Both the position numbers and the translations under genes were made by a program. The notes beneath the pieces were generated by a model. That model did no database searches, was not told the origin of the DNA, and saw nothing but the letters and a program-made list of their open reading frames with translations. Shown here piece after piece: positions 28,321-39,083 of a DNA stretch of 64,000 nt. Position 1 is the first letter of the stretch, and the number at the start of each line of letters is the position of its first letter. Source of the DNA: an uncultured Pelagibacteraceae bacterium (GTDB lineage Bacteria; Pseudomonadota; Alphaproteobacteria; Pelagibacterales; Pelagibacteraceae); contig CACJLN010000004.1 of assembly GCA_902594255.1 (NCBI GenBank), positions 13,145 to 77,144 of the forward strand, given 5' to 3'.

Positions 28321-30003
28321 ATGTTCTTTAAAAAAATAAAATTTCTATTTATTACTTTGATAATTTATCAAATTTCATTCAATTCTCAAAGTGCTAGTTT
28401 TGATAGTTTAAATTCCAAAAACATATCAAAATATTTTTCAGGGATAGTAGCTTTTGAGAATAAAGATAATTCTTCGGCACTAGAATTTTTTAATTCATCG
28501 AAGATTTTACTTAATGCTCACGAACCTTATTTAAAAAGATATGTTAATTCTTTAGTTTTAGAAAATAAAATTTCTCAAGCTATAAATTTGATTAAAAATA
28601 ATCAAAATAAAAACCAAATATTTTTTGATGCTTATTTATTGTTAATTGTAGATGGTTTAAAAAAAAATGATTTAGACAGAGCATATAGGCATGTAAATAA
28701 ACTAAAAAAATTTGATGAACAAAATGGATTTAATTCTGCCATTAGTGAGAGTTTGAAACAGTATATTTATCTTTTTAAAGAAAAAAATTTTTTGGATGAA
28801 AAACAAAATTTTGGAAAATTAACTATTATATCTGAAACGTTTCAAAGATGTTATTTAGATGATAAAAATACAGATTCTTATTTTCGAAAACTTATCAATG
28901 ATACTGAGGGCGATTATACAAGATACATATTTTTTTATCTAAGTTATTTGATACAGAACAACAGATTAAAGGATGCAAAAATACTTACTGATGGTATTGA
29001 GTACATTAATTCTACTTTGTTATTGTCCCAGGGTAAAAGTTGGATTGAGAAAGGAAATTCAGAAAAATTAACACAAATTTTTTCTTGTAAAAATCCTAAT
29101 GATGTAATTAGTGAATTTTTATTTTTAGTTTCAAATTTGTACTCTTCACAGGACAATTTTAATAAATCTAATTTTTATTTAAATTTATCTAATTATTTAA
29201 ATCCCAAATTTAAATTTAATTTAGCTCTAGTAGCAGAAAATCAATATTTTAATCAAGAGTACTTGAAAGCTAAAAAGACTTTAAAAGTCTTTAAAAAAGA
29301 AGATCATTTTTATTACTGGTTTAGAGTAAAAAAGGAGGCACAAATAATTGAGAAGCAACGAAACAAAAAAGAGGCTTTGAATTATATTACAGCTGAGTTT
29401 GATAAAATTGGTGAACCAAATAAAAAAATATTATTTGATATAGCAAACTTTTATAAAAATTCGAAAGAGTACGAGCAAGCAATAAAGTATTATACAAAAC
29501 TATTACAGTCTTTTGATATAAGTTCTGAGATGAAATCAGATCTCCTATATAGAAGGGGAGGTAGTTATGAAAGATTAAATAAATTTCAAAAAGCAGACGA
29601 AGATTTGCTGCAAGCCTTAGAAATCACTCCAGACGATGCATATATTTTAAATTATCTTGCTTATTCATGGCTTGAACGAAATTATAAAATTTATGAAGCA
29701 ATTGATATGCTTAAGATAGCCTATGAGGCTACCACTGATGATCCTTATATAATTGATTCTATTGGATGGGCTTATTATTTGATTGATGATTTCATTAAGG
29801 CTGAAAAATTTTTAAAGAGAGCAGTAGAGTTGATGCCGGATGACCCCATAGTTAATGATCATTATGGAGATATTCTATGGAAACTAAATCGTAAAATTCA
29901 AGCAAGATATTTTTGGTCAAATGTTCTTAAAATGGATGATGCAGAAGAGGAAATGATTAACAAAATAAATATAAAACTGGTTGAGGGCATAAAGAATTCT
30001 TAA
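28321..30003 (+). CDS. Exported tetratricopeptide repeat protein
   Basis: Signal peptide; LNYLAYSW, YIIDSIGWAYY, DPIVNDHYGD TPR block typical of the gene upstream of ispE. Confidence 0.9.
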   Translation: MFFKKIKFLFITLIIYQISFNSQSASFDSLNSKNISKYFSGIVAFENKDNSSALEFFNSSKILLNAHEPYLKRYVNSLVLENKISQAINLIKNNQNKNQIFFDAYLLLIVDGLKKNDLDRAYRHVNKLKKFDEQNGFNSAISESLKQYIYLFKEKNFLDEKQNFGKLTIISETFQRCYLDDKNTDSYFRKLINDTEGDYTRYIFFYLSYLIQNNRLKDAKILTDGIEYINSTLLLSQGKSWIEKGNSEKLTQIFSCKNPNDVISEFLFLVSNLYSSQDNFNKSNFYLNLSNYLNPKFKFNLALVAENQYFNQEYLKAKKTLKVFKKEDHFYYWFRVKKEAQIIEKQRNKKEALNYITAEFDKIGEPNKKILFDIANFYKNSKEYEQAIKYYTKLLQSFDISSEMKSDLLYRRGGSYERLNKFQKADEDLLQALEITPDDAYILNYLAYSWLERNYKIYEAIDMLKIAYEATTDDPYIIDSIGWAYYLIDDFIKAEKFLKRAVELMPDDPIVNDHYGDILWKLNRKIQARYFWSNVLKMDDAEEEMINKINIKLVEGIKNS

Positions 30004-30004
30004 A

Positions 30005-30847
30005 ATGCAAGCCAATATCAGATCCCACGCAAAGATAAATTTAGCTTTAAATGTAATCAAAAAAATTTCGAATTTTCATAAAATCGAAAGTATTGTTTCA
30101 TTTATCTCTTTACATGATGAAATATTGATTAAAAAAATTAAATCAAAAAATCATATCATTTCTTTTACTGGCAAATTTTCGAAAAATATTGGCAAAATTA
30201 ATACTGTTTCTAATTTATTAAATATTTTGGATAACAAAAAATTACTTAAAAATAATAAGTTTAAGATTAAGATTAAGAAAAATATTCCAGTTCAAGCTGG
30301 ATTGGGAGGTGGTTCTATGAACGCAGCTAGTATTTTAAATTATTTAATTAAAAAAAAAATCATAAAGATTAATAAAAGACAAATTGAGTCTATTTGTAAA
30401 TTGGTGGGTTCAGATGTGCTTTTGGGTCTCAATTCAACCAATACTGTTATTAATTACAAGAATGAAATCAAACGTTTTAATAATAAGCAAAAAATTTATA
30501 CTTTAATCATCAAACCAACTATTGGGTGTTCCACAAAACGAATATACGCTAAAGTAAGAAAATTCGATAAACCAAAATTCACCAAGCCCAATAAACAAAT
30601 GTTTAATTTACAATTTTTAAAAAAAATGACCAATTCGTTAGAACCTATTGTTTTTTCTATGCACGGAAAGTTAAAAAGCATCAAATTTTTTTTAGAAAGA
30701 TACACCTGTGCGGAATTTGTAAGAATGACTGGATCGGGTTCTGCAATAGTTGCATACTTTTATTCTAAAGAAAATTGCGATAAAGCTAAAAGGCATTTTA
30801 ATAAAAAATACAAAAATTGCTGGTGTATATCTTCAAAAACTATATAA
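30005..30847 (+). CDS. ispE: 4-(CDP)-2-C-methyl-D-erythritol kinase
   Basis: AKINLAL, KNIPVQAGLGGGS, GSDV, MTGSGS. Confidence 0.95.
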   Translation: MQANIRSHAKINLALNVIKKISNFHKIESIVSFISLHDEILIKKIKSKNHIISFTGKFSKNIGKINTVSNLLNILDNKKLLKNNKFKIKIKKNIPVQAGLGGGSMNAASILNYLIKKKIIKINKRQIESICKLVGSDVLLGLNSTNTVINYKNEIKRFNNKQKIYTLIIKPTIGCSTKRIYAKVRKFDKPKFTKPNKQMFNLQFLKKMTNSLEPIVFSMHGKLKSIKFFLERYTCAEFVRMTGSGSAIVAYFYSKENCDKAKRHFNKKYKNCWCISSKTI

Positions 30848-30880
30848 ATCATAAAATTTTGTGTTATATGAACTTAATAC

Positions 30881-30954
30881 TGGGGCGTAGCCAAGCGGTA
30901 AGGCACGGGTTTTTGGTACCTGCATCCTAGGTTCGAATCCTAGCGCCCCAGCCA
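30881..30954 (+). tRNA. tRNA-Gln (anticodon TTG), CCA encoded
   Basis: Acceptor TGGGGCG/CGCCCCA, D-arm GCCAAGCGGTAAGGC, anticodon arm CGGGT-TTTTGGT-ACCTG, T-arm CTAGG-TTCGAAT-CCTAG, GCCA 3' end. Confidence 0.97.
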
Positions 30955-30957
30955 ATT

Positions 30958-32232
30958 ATGAAAAACTTTTTAAAAAAAATTTTTATTAGTTCTAATAACC
31001 TAGAAAACATAAGCCAAAGTATTATAGAAATTTCTAAAAAAACCCCCGTCAATAAAATCTTCAAAGCGATAAATAATTACTCCACGGATAGTGAAGTTAG
31101 ATATGTAGGCGGATGTATTAGAAAAATATTGAATAATGAAAAAGTTGACGACATTGACATGGCGACGAATTTAGAGCCCAACATAGTTTGTGATGTTTTA
31201 AATAGTAATAACATAAATTTTTACAAAACTGGTATAGACCATGGTACAATTACGGCAGTAATAGATGAATATGAATTTGAAATCACTTCTCTGAGAGAGG
31301 ATGTATCAACTGACGGAAGACATGCAAATGTAAAATTTTCTAAAAGCTGGAAAAAAGATGCTTCGAGAAGAGACTTTACAATTAATTCTATTTATTCAGA
31401 TGTCAACGGCAATTTATTTGATCCTTATAATGGTAAGGATGACCTTAAAAAGGGTTTTGTAAATTTTATAGGTGATCCAGATAAAAGAATTAAAGAGGAT
31501 TATCTAAGAGTTTTAAGATATTTAAGATTTTTTCTATCTTATTCTAAAAAGTCTCACGATAAAGATCTTATACGTAAATTAAAATTAAACCTTAACGGCG
31601 TTTCAAAACTCTCAAAAGATAGATTATTAGATGAATTAAAAAAGCTCATCAAGGCAGAAAATTTGGAGAAGCTATCTAAAGATAAAATATGCTTGGAATT
31701 AATTTCACTAATTTTTCCTGAGTTAAAAAATATAAATATATTTTCTAAATTAAATTCTCTTAAAAGACAGATAGTCGAAAACTCTGATTTTATTTTTTTA
31801 ATATCTTTGATGGTAATTGATGATACTGATAATTCTGATTATTTTTTGTATAAATTTAATATTTCTAAAAAAGATGAGAAAAGAATTAAAAAAATCAGCA
31901 ATTTTTACAAAGAAAAAGGAGGTTTCAAAAAATTTAATGAGAAAGAAATTAATGAAATTTTTTATTATGACGGAAAACAAGCAGTTTTAGATATTTTAAA
32001 CTTTAAAATTATCAAATCAAAAAAAATTGATAATAGTTTAATTAAATTAAGTAAAACTTACATAAATAAAATCAAACCAATTATACCAATTGGAGCATCT
32101 GAATTAATGGAAAAATATAAAATTCCAGAAGGCAAACAACTTGGTTTAAAACTAAAGTTAATCGAGGAGTTATGGATTAAAAATAACTTTAAAATTTCTG
32201 ATCACCAAGTGGAAAAAATTGTCAAAGATTAA
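30958..32232 (+). CDS. cca: CCA tRNA nucleotidyltransferase (class II)
   Basis: VGGCIR...DIDMAT, GIDHGT, TDGRHA, RRDFTIN, EDYLR. Confidence 0.92.
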   Translation: MKNFLKKIFISSNNLENISQSIIEISKKTPVNKIFKAINNYSTDSEVRYVGGCIRKILNNEKVDDIDMATNLEPNIVCDVLNSNNINFYKTGIDHGTITAVIDEYEFEITSLREDVSTDGRHANVKFSKSWKKDASRRDFTINSIYSDVNGNLFDPYNGKDDLKKGFVNFIGDPDKRIKEDYLRVLRYLRFFLSYSKKSHDKDLIRKLKLNLNGVSKLSKDRLLDELKKLIKAENLEKLSKDKICLELISLIFPELKNINIFSKLNSLKRQIVENSDFIFLISLMVIDDTDNSDYFLYKFNISKKDEKRIKKISNFYKEKGGFKKFNEKEINEIFYYDGKQAVLDILNFKIIKSKKIDNSLIKLSKTYINKIKPIIPIGASELMEKYKIPEGKQLGLKLKLIEELWIKNNFKISDHQVEKIVKD

Positions 32233-32705
32233 ATATATTTTACATCTTTAATTTCAAAGTTTTTTTTGCCTGCTGGGGTAATGATTTCAACCAAATCATT
32301 TTTATTTTTTCCAATTAAACCTTTTCCAATAGGTGACTGAAAATAAATTAATTTTTCTTTTAAATTAGCCTCATCTTTTCCCACAATTTTATAATCTATT
32401 TTATCTCCAGTATCTAAATTTTCTAAATAAACCGTTGACCCAAAAATCACTTTACCATCATTGGTTAATTTTGTGACATCGATTACATTTGCTCGAGCAA
32501 TTATATCGTTTATTTCAGTAATTCGACCCTCATTATGAGATTGCTCCTCTTTGGCCGCATGATATTCTGCGTTTTCTTTCAAGTCGCCATGCGATCTTGC
32601 CTCTGCAATTGCTGCAACTATTTCAGGTCGTTTTTTTTCTTTTAGAAAAACCAATTCTTCTTTTAATTTTTCTAATCCATTTAAAGTAATTGGTTCTTTA
32701 TTCAT
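32229..32705 (-). CDS. greA: Transcription elongation factor GreA
   Basis: [27 protein letters not shown]; start moved to ATG 32705. Confidence 0.97.
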   Translation of the reverse strand: MNKEPITLNGLEKLKEELVFLKEKKRPEIVAAIAEARSHGDLKENAEYHAAKEEQSHNEGRITEINDIIARANVIDVTKLTNDGKVIFGSTVYLENLDTGDKIDYKIVGKDEANLKEKLIYFQSPIGKGLIGKNKNDLVEIITPAGKKNFEIKDVKYI

Positions 32706-32706
32706 A

Positions 32707-33534
32707 TTATTTCCATTTAGCAAGTGGAGGAAGTGACATTAAAATACCTTCAGTATTTCCTCCAGTTTGTAATCCAAATTTAGTTCCTCTATCATAAAGC
32801 AAGTTAAACTCAGCATATCTACCTCTTTTAATATATTGAGCTTCTTTATCTTTGGCTGTCCATTTTTTTTTTACTTTTTTAGATATTATATTATTGAAAA
32901 TAAATTGAAATGTTACTCCAACATCTCTTACAAATTTAAAATCTTGCTCAAAATTATCTTTTTTATAATCAAAAAAAATTCCCCCTATACCCCTAGGCTC
33001 TTTCCTGTGGGGTAAATAAAAGTATCCATCGCACCATTTTTTATATCTTTTATAAAAATTTTTATTGTGTCGATCACACATTTTTTTTAATATTTTATGA
33101 AATTTTTCCTTTTCTTTTTTATCAAACTTTGACGGTGTTACATCCATTCCTCCACCAAACCAACCATATGTTGTTTTAATATATCGAGTGTTGAAATGCA
33201 TAGCTGGAATTAGAGGATTTTGCATGTGCATAACAACCGAAATTCCTGATGCCCAGAATCTTGGATCTTTTTTAGCACCAGGTATATTTTTTTGAAACTC
33301 TTTTGGAAATCTTCCATAAACTTTTGAAAAATTCACCCCAACTTTTTCAAACACCTTTCCATTTTGAAGTATTCTATATTCACCCCCACCTTCATCTTTT
33401 CTATAGTTCCTTTTCCAGCTTGTAGATATGAATTTTGATTTATTATTTTCAATTCTTACTATGTCTTCGCAAAAAGCATTCTGAAGTGTTTTAAACCAAT
33501 TACTAACAAGATCTCTCTTAATCTCTGAGTTCAT
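32707..33534 (-). CDS. hemF: Oxygen-dependent coproporphyrinogen III oxidase
   Basis: [49 protein letters not shown]. Confidence 0.97.
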   Translation of the reverse strand: MNSEIKRDLVSNWFKTLQNAFCEDIVRIENNKSKFISTSWKRNYRKDEGGGEYRILQNGKVFEKVGVNFSKVYGRFPKEFQKNIPGAKKDPRFWASGISVVMHMQNPLIPAMHFNTRYIKTTYGWFGGGMDVTPSKFDKKEKEKFHKILKKMCDRHNKNFYKRYKKWCDGYFYLPHRKEPRGIGGIFFDYKKDNFEQDFKFVRDVGVTFQFIFNNIISKKVKKKWTAKDKEAQYIKRGRYAEFNLLYDRGTKFGLQTGGNTEGILMSLPPLAKWK

Positions 33535-33535
33535 A

Positions 33536-34009
33536 TTAAAAAAATTTTGTTTGTTTTAAACTTTCAGCCAAGACAATAGCCACAGCAGTTGCAAGATTTA
33601 ATGAACGTTTATTATTTTTCATAGGTATCTTCAAACGATGTTTAATTATTTTATGGACTTTTTCAGGAACTCCTGAACTTTCTCTTCCAAATAAAATTGT
33701 ATCATTTTCTTCAAATTTAAATTTCGTATAAGATATAGATGCTTTAGTCGTCATCAATACAATTCTTTGATTCTCTTTAAATTTAAGAAATTCATTAAAA
33801 CTTTTGTGAAATTTTATATTTTTCTCATCAATATAATCCATTACTACCCTTTTAAACCTCTTGTCACTCAATAAAAAACCACAAGGTTCTATAATTTCTA
33901 AATTTGCCCCCAAACATGCACAAGTTCTTATTATAGCAGCTGTATTTTGAGGTATATCTGGTTCAAATAATGCAATTTTTGGCCCAAGATCTATTGATTT
34001 CTGTGTCAT
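33536..34009 (-). CDS. trmL: tRNA (cytidine34-2'-O)-methyltransferase
   Basis: EPDIPQNT, IEPCGF, FGRESSG, RSLNLA. Confidence 0.93.
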   Translation of the reverse strand: MTQKSIDLGPKIALFEPDIPQNTAAIIRTCACLGANLEIIEPCGFLLSDKRFKRVVMDYIDEKNIKFHKSFNEFLKFKENQRIVLMTTKASISYTKFKFEENDTILFGRESSGVPEKVHKIIKHRLKIPMKNNKRSLNLATAVAIVLAESLKQTKFF

Positions 34010-34099
34010 TCTATCAGTAGTAAATTCAGTATTTTATATTATATGAATTCTTATAATTAAGTAGAAAAAATCAATATTGAGTATATTTAATAATTATTA

Positions 34100-34609
34100 A
34101 TGTCAGAAAAAAAAGTTAAAAGAAGAGATTTTTTATTTACAGCTACCTATGCTGTCGGAGCAGTAGGTGCTGCAGCTGTTGTGTGGCCTATGATAGACCA
34201 AATGAATCCGGATGCATCTGTTAAAGCATTGGCTAGCACAGAAGTTGATATTAGTTCAATGAACCCTGGAAAAACTATTACGGTATTATGGAGAGGTAAG
34301 CCGGTTTTTATTAGAAGAAGGACGCAAGAGGAAATCGCTGAGGCAAAGGCAGTTAAATTGGAGGACTTAAAACATCCTGAAAAAGATGAGGATCGAGCTA
34401 AAAATCCAGAGTGGCTCGTAATGCTTGGTGTCTGCACACATTTAGGGTGTGTACCCTTAGATCAAAAAGGAGACTACAATGGTTGGTTCTGTCCGTGCCA
34501 TGGATCTCATTATGATACGTCTGGTAGAATAAGAAAAGGTCCAGCACCAACAAACATGGAAATACCTGAATATAAGTTTGTAAATACAAATACAATTAAA
34601 ATTGGATAA
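34100..34609 (+). CDS. petA: Rieske Fe-S subunit of cytochrome bc1
   Basis: Tat motif RRDFL, CTHLGC, CPCHGS. Confidence 0.98.
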   Translation: MSEKKVKRRDFLFTATYAVGAVGAAAVVWPMIDQMNPDASVKALASTEVDISSMNPGKTITVLWRGKPVFIRRRTQEEIAEAKAVKLEDLKHPEKDEDRAKNPEWLVMLGVCTHLGCVPLDQKGDYNGWFCPCHGSHYDTSGRIRKGPAPTNMEIPEYKFVNTNTIKIG

Positions 34610-34614
34610 ACTTT

Positions 34615-35877
34615 ATGAGTGATCACGAATATACCCCTAAGTCAAAATTTGGAAAATGGTTTAATGATAGATTACCTTTGCTTACATTAGCGAGCCATCT
34701 GACTGATTATCCTACGCCAAAAAACTTAAACTATTGGTGGACATTTGGTGGAATACTTACTTTCTGTTTAATAACCCAAATCGTAACGGGACTAGTTTTG
34801 GCAATGCATTACATTGCTCATGCAGACATGGCATTCGATAGCGTAGAGCATATTATGAGAAATGTAAACTATGGATGGTTAATAAGGTATATTCACGCAA
34901 ATGGAGCTTCAATGTTTTTCTTAGCAGTATATATACATATATTTAGATCATTATTTTATGGATCTTATAAATCTCCACGGGAGATAATTTGGATCATAGG
35001 TATAATAATATATTTACTGATGATGGCAGCAGCTTTCTTAGGTTATGTTCTTCCATGGGGGCAAATGAGTTTTTGGGGAGCAACTGTTATAACTAATTTA
35101 TTTAGTGCTATTCCACTTGTTGGTGAAGGTATAGTAACCTGGTTATGGGGAGGTTATTCGGTTGACAATCCAACGTTAACTAGATTTTTTACACTGCACT
35201 ACTTAATTCCCTTCTTAATATTAGGTTTAGTAGTGTTGCATATATGGGCCTTGCATGTTCCAGGTAATAATAATCCTGTTGGTATTGATATTAAAAAACC
35301 GTCTAAAGATACTGTTCCATTTCATCCTTACATAGTAATCAAAGATGGTTTTGCTCTACTCATGTTTATGATTGTTTTTGCATTCTTTGTTTTTTACACC
35401 CCAAATATTCTAGGACATGCAGACAATTACATTGAAGCAAATCCATTGGTAACTCCTGCGCATATAGTCCCAGAATGGTACCTTTTACCATTTTATGCGA
35501 TATTAAGATCTGTTCCAGATAAACTTTTGGGTGTAGTTGCGATGTTGTCAGCAATTCTTATTCTAGCGGCTTTACCTTGGCTTGATACATCTAAGATTAG
35601 ATCTGCAGTCTTTAGACCATTATACAGACAATTTTATTGGATCTTGGTCGCTGACGTTTTGATTTTAGGTTATGTAGGTGCTATGCCAGCTGAGGGATTG
35701 TATTTATTAGTTGCAAGAGTGGCTACGGCCTACTATTTCCTACATTTTTTAGTTGTTCTACCAATTTTAGGTTATAAGGAGAAAACTTTGCCTGTTCCAT
35801 TGAGTATTACTGAGCCTGTGCTAGGTGGATCCCCTAATTTAGCTTTGGCTAAGAACAAGGAAAATTTTAAAGATTAG
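34615..35877 (+). CDS. petB: Cytochrome b
   Basis: [19 protein letters not shown]. Confidence 0.99.
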   Translation: MSDHEYTPKSKFGKWFNDRLPLLTLASHLTDYPTPKNLNYWWTFGGILTFCLITQIVTGLVLAMHYIAHADMAFDSVEHIMRNVNYGWLIRYIHANGASMFFLAVYIHIFRSLFYGSYKSPREIIWIIGIIIYLLMMAAAFLGYVLPWGQMSFWGATVITNLFSAIPLVGEGIVTWLWGGYSVDNPTLTRFFTLHYLIPFLILGLVVLHIWALHVPGNNNPVGIDIKKPSKDTVPFHPYIVIKDGFALLMFMIVFAFFVFYTPNILGHADNYIEANPLVTPAHIVPEWYLLPFYAILRSVPDKLLGVVAMLSAILILAALPWLDTSKIRSAVFRPLYRQFYWILVADVLILGYVGAMPAEGLYLLVARVATAYYFLHFLVVLPILGYKEKTLPVPLSITEPVLGGSPNLALAKNKENFKD

Positions 35878-36656
35878 TGAAAAATTTTTTAAGAATATTT
35901 TTAATCACGAGTTTAGTTTTTGGACTTTCTGTAAAATCAAATTCAGCTGAAAAGATTGAATACTTAACAACTGATTGGAGTTTTAAAGGTCTTTTTGGAA
36001 AGTTTGATAGGGGAGCATTACAAAGAGGTTATCAAGTTTATACTGAGGTATGTTCGTCTTGTCACTCTATGAAATATCTAAGTTATAGGAATTTAGCCGA
36101 AAAGGGTGGACCAGAATTTTCGATAGCAGAAGCTAAAGCGATAGCTGCATCTTTTGAGGTCACTGATGGACCTAATGATGATGGAGAAATGTTTACAAGA
36201 CCAGGTAAATTATCTGACAAATTTGTAATGCCTTATGATAATGTTAAAGCAGCTCAAGCCGCAAATGGTGGTGCATATCCACCGGATATGTCAGTGCTCG
36301 TCAAGGCAAGAGGAGGTGGAGTCGATTACATCTACTCTTTACTTCAAGGTTATGAAGATCCACCTGTGGGAATGAATTTAGATGATGGGGTTTATTATAA
36401 TAAATATATGTATGGTAACAAAATAAAAATGGCCAATCAGCTTTCTGATGGGCTTGTTGAGTATGGAGATGGCACAACAGCATCAGTTGAGCAAATGTCA
36501 AAAGATGTTACTACATTCCTAATGTGGGCTGCAGAGCCACATCTTGAGTCACGCCACCAGATGGGTTTTAAGGCGATAGTTTATTTAATTATTTTAACAA
36601 TTTTAGTTTATTTTAGCATGAAAAAGATATGGTCACGTATTGAAACGGAAATTTAA
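35877..36656 (+). CDS. petC: Cytochrome c1
   Basis: LQRGYQVY, CSSCH heme motif, PPDMS, WAAEP, C-terminal TM; GTG start. Confidence 0.98.
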   Translation: MKNFLRIFLITSLVFGLSVKSNSAEKIEYLTTDWSFKGLFGKFDRGALQRGYQVYTEVCSSCHSMKYLSYRNLAEKGGPEFSIAEAKAIAASFEVTDGPNDDGEMFTRPGKLSDKFVMPYDNVKAAQAANGGAYPPDMSVLVKARGGGVDYIYSLLQGYEDPPVGMNLDDGVYYNKYMYGNKIKMANQLSDGLVEYGDGTTASVEQMSKDVTTFLMWAAEPHLESRHQMGFKAIVYLIILTILVYFSMKKIWSRIETEI

Positions 36657-37706
36657 CACGTCGCCGTCTTTCACAATATAGTCTTTCCCTTCAAGTCTCA
36701 TTTTACCGTTTGATTTTGCATTCAACCAGCCATCATTTGAAATAAAATCATCATATGAAATAGTTTCTGCTCTAATAAAACCTTTCTCAAAATCTGTATG
36801 AATTTCTCCAGCAGCTTGAGGAGCCTTGCAATTTTTTTCTATTGTCCACGCCCTGGTTTCCTCAGGGCCAGAAGTGAAATAAGTGTCAAGTTCAAGAATT
36901 TGATACCCTTTTTTAATTAACATATTTAACCCTGTCTCTTTTAATCCAATCATTTCCATATAATTTTTTTTTTCGTGTACGTCTAAATTATTAATTTGGC
37001 TTTCTATATCTGCTGAAATAATTAACGTATTATCACTTCCAAATTTTGAGATAAATTTTTTAGTATAATCGTTTCCATTTTGAATACTTTTCTCATCAAC
37101 ATTGCATACAAATATTTTAGGTTTTAAAGATAATAGTCCACTTTGATTAATCTGTTTTTTTTCAAACTGAGACCTCAAACTTGAGATATCTTTATCATTA
37201 TTTATACAGTCTAGACTTGTTTCAAGAATTTTTAATTGAACGCTCTCTAAGCTTTTTTTATTATTTTTCTCTAATCTTTTTTGTATAGACTCAAGATCAG
37301 CTAACATCATTTCAGTCTCAATTATCTCCAAGTCTCTAACTGGATTTACATTTGGATTTACATTTTGGATATCACTAGAGTCGAAGCATCTTATAAGATG
37401 TATGATTGCATCAACCTCTCTAATGTGAGAGAGGAATTTATTTCCTAAACCTTCACCTTTTGATGCTCCTTTTACTAAACCAGCAATATCAACAAATGAA
37501 ATAGTTGTGTTGATAATTTTTTTTGAATTTGAAATTTTCGCTAAATTTTTCAGTCTAATATCTGGAACAGGAACGACACCAACATTTGGTTCTATTGTGC
37601 AAAATGGAAAATTTGCAGCTTGTGCTTTGCTTGAATTTGTCAATGCATTAAATAAAGTTGATTTACCAACATTTGGTATTCCAACTATTCCACACTTAAA
37701 ACTCAT
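36633..37706 (-). CDS. ychF: Redox-regulated ATPase YchF (Obg family)
   Basis: GIPNVGKSTLFN, NFPFCTIEPN, DIAGLV, IHTDFEKGFIRAE. Confidence 0.97.
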   Translation of the reverse strand: MSFKCGIVGIPNVGKSTLFNALTNSSKAQAANFPFCTIEPNVGVVPVPDIRLKNLAKISNSKKIINTTISFVDIAGLVKGASKGEGLGNKFLSHIREVDAIIHLIRCFDSSDIQNVNPNVNPVRDLEIIETEMMLADLESIQKRLEKNNKKSLESVQLKILETSLDCINNDKDISSLRSQFEKKQINQSGLLSLKPKIFVCNVDEKSIQNGNDYTKKFISKFGSDNTLIISADIESQINNLDVHEKKNYMEMIGLKETGLNMLIKKGYQILELDTYFTSGPEETRAWTIEKNCKAPQAAGEIHTDFEKGFIRAETISYDDFISNDGWLNAKSNGKMRLEGKDYIVKDGDVLNFRFNT

Positions 37707-38266
37707 TATTTATTATTAACTGTACTAGAAAACAGGTCTAATTTTTTATCAACAAGAATAGAAATTGATTCAGTGATGTTTTCAGTAATTTTGTCTATAC
37801 CAATAGTTTCATCATCATTAAAATTTTGTAGAACATAATCTGCAACTTCCATTGAGTCTTTTGGTTTACCAATTCCTATTCTAACTCTTGAATAATCTTT
37901 ACCAATAAATTTATCGATGGAGGCAACTCCGTTATGACCTGCGCTTGATCCCCCAAATTTAGTTTTGATCTTTCCAAATTCCACATCTAAATCATCATGA
38001 AAAACAATTACATCTTGTGCATCAATCTTAAAATACTCAATTAATTCTCTTATACAAATCCCTGAGTTGTTCATAAATGTCAATGGTTTAATAGCATAAA
38101 CTTTTTTACTGGCTATATTTCCAGTTGTAAGAAGACCTTTAAATTTAGGTTTTTGTTTAGACAAATTGAATTTTTTATTAATACAATCTATAATTTTGAA
38201 ACCAACATTGTGTCTATTATTTTCACTGTCAGGAGTTGGATTACCTAATCCTACAAATAAAATCAT
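37706..38266 (-). CDS. pth: Peptidyl-tRNA hydrolase
   Basis: GLGNP, RHNVGF, TFMNNSG, HDDLD, GHNG, RIGIG. Confidence 0.97.
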   Translation of the reverse strand: MILFVGLGNPTPDSENNRHNVGFKIIDCINKKFNLSKQKPKFKGLLTTGNIASKKVYAIKPLTFMNNSGICIRELIEYFKIDAQDVIVFHDDLDVEFGKIKTKFGGSSAGHNGVASIDKFIGKDYSRVRIGIGKPKDSMEVADYVLQNFNDDETIGIDKITENITESISILVDKKLDLFSSTVNNK

Positions 38267-38299
38267 GAGTTAACTAAGCTTAATTTCAATTTTTATTAT

Positions 38300-39040
38300 T
38301 TATTTTTTTTCTTCAGGAGGTTTTTTTTCAGCAGATTTTTTTTCATCAGGTTTTTTGTCGTCACCTTCTTTCTTATCTCCTTTAGATGAGTCTGCAGAAG
38401 TTTTATCACCATCTGCTGCAGCTTCAACTCCTTCTTCACCCTCTGTTGCTTCAGCCTCTGCTGGTTTTTCTGGTTCTTTAATTACTGTTGGGGCTGCAAG
38501 GGTTGCTATAACAAAGTCCCTTCCTTGAATAGTTGGTGTTACTTCAGGATCTAATTTGATAGATGAAATTTTAAAACTTTCCCCGATATCAACTCCTTCA
38601 AGATCAATTGTCAAGTTTTCTGGTATTTTTTCACTTGGACAATTTAATTCTACTTTTCTTCTTACTATATTTAATACTCCACCTCTTTTAAGACCTGGTG
38701 AATTTTCATGATTAATAAAATTAACTGGCACTTCAATTTTTATTTTTACTCCAGGCAATATCCTTAAAAAGTCCACATGAATGGGCTCGTCGCTTAAAAT
38801 GTGATATTTAACTTCTCTTGGCAAAACATTTTGTGACTTCCCATCTATTTTTAATGTAATTATGTTTGACAAAAAGTTTTCTTTATCAATTAAATTTTTT
38901 AGTAATTTTTTTGAAACAGATACTTTTTGATTATCTTCTTTTCCTCCATATACAATACCAGGGACATTTCCACTATTTCTAATGGAATTTAGTTGACCCT
39001 TAGTCGTAGTGTTTCTGACGTTGACTTCTAATGAATTCAT
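38300..39040 (-). CDS. rplY: 50S ribosomal protein L25/CTC
   Basis: VPGIVYG, HVDF, SPGLKRGG; charged low-complexity tail; start moved to ATG 39040. Confidence 0.95.
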   Translation of the reverse strand: MNSLEVNVRNTTTKGQLNSIRNSGNVPGIVYGGKEDNQKVSVSKKLLKNLIDKENFLSNIITLKIDGKSQNVLPREVKYHILSDEPIHVDFLRILPGVKIKIEVPVNFINHENSPGLKRGGVLNIVRRKVELNCPSEKIPENLTIDLEGVDIGESFKISSIKLDPEVTPTIQGRDFVIATLAAPTVIKEPEKPAEAEATEGEEGVEAAADGDKTSADSSKGDKKEGDDKKPDEKKSAEKKPPEEKK

Positions 39041-39083
39041 AAAAGAGAGTTTTTTAAACCATGTTTGTAAATAATCAAGGTAA

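Noticed and set aside
30881-30954. tRNA as integration site of a genomic island
   Set aside because: No integrase, no duplicated tRNA 3' end noticed, and flanking genes are core
34071-34080. TCAATATTGA palindrome upstream of petA
   Set aside because: A 10-bp AT-rich palindrome is expected by chance and matches no motif I can name
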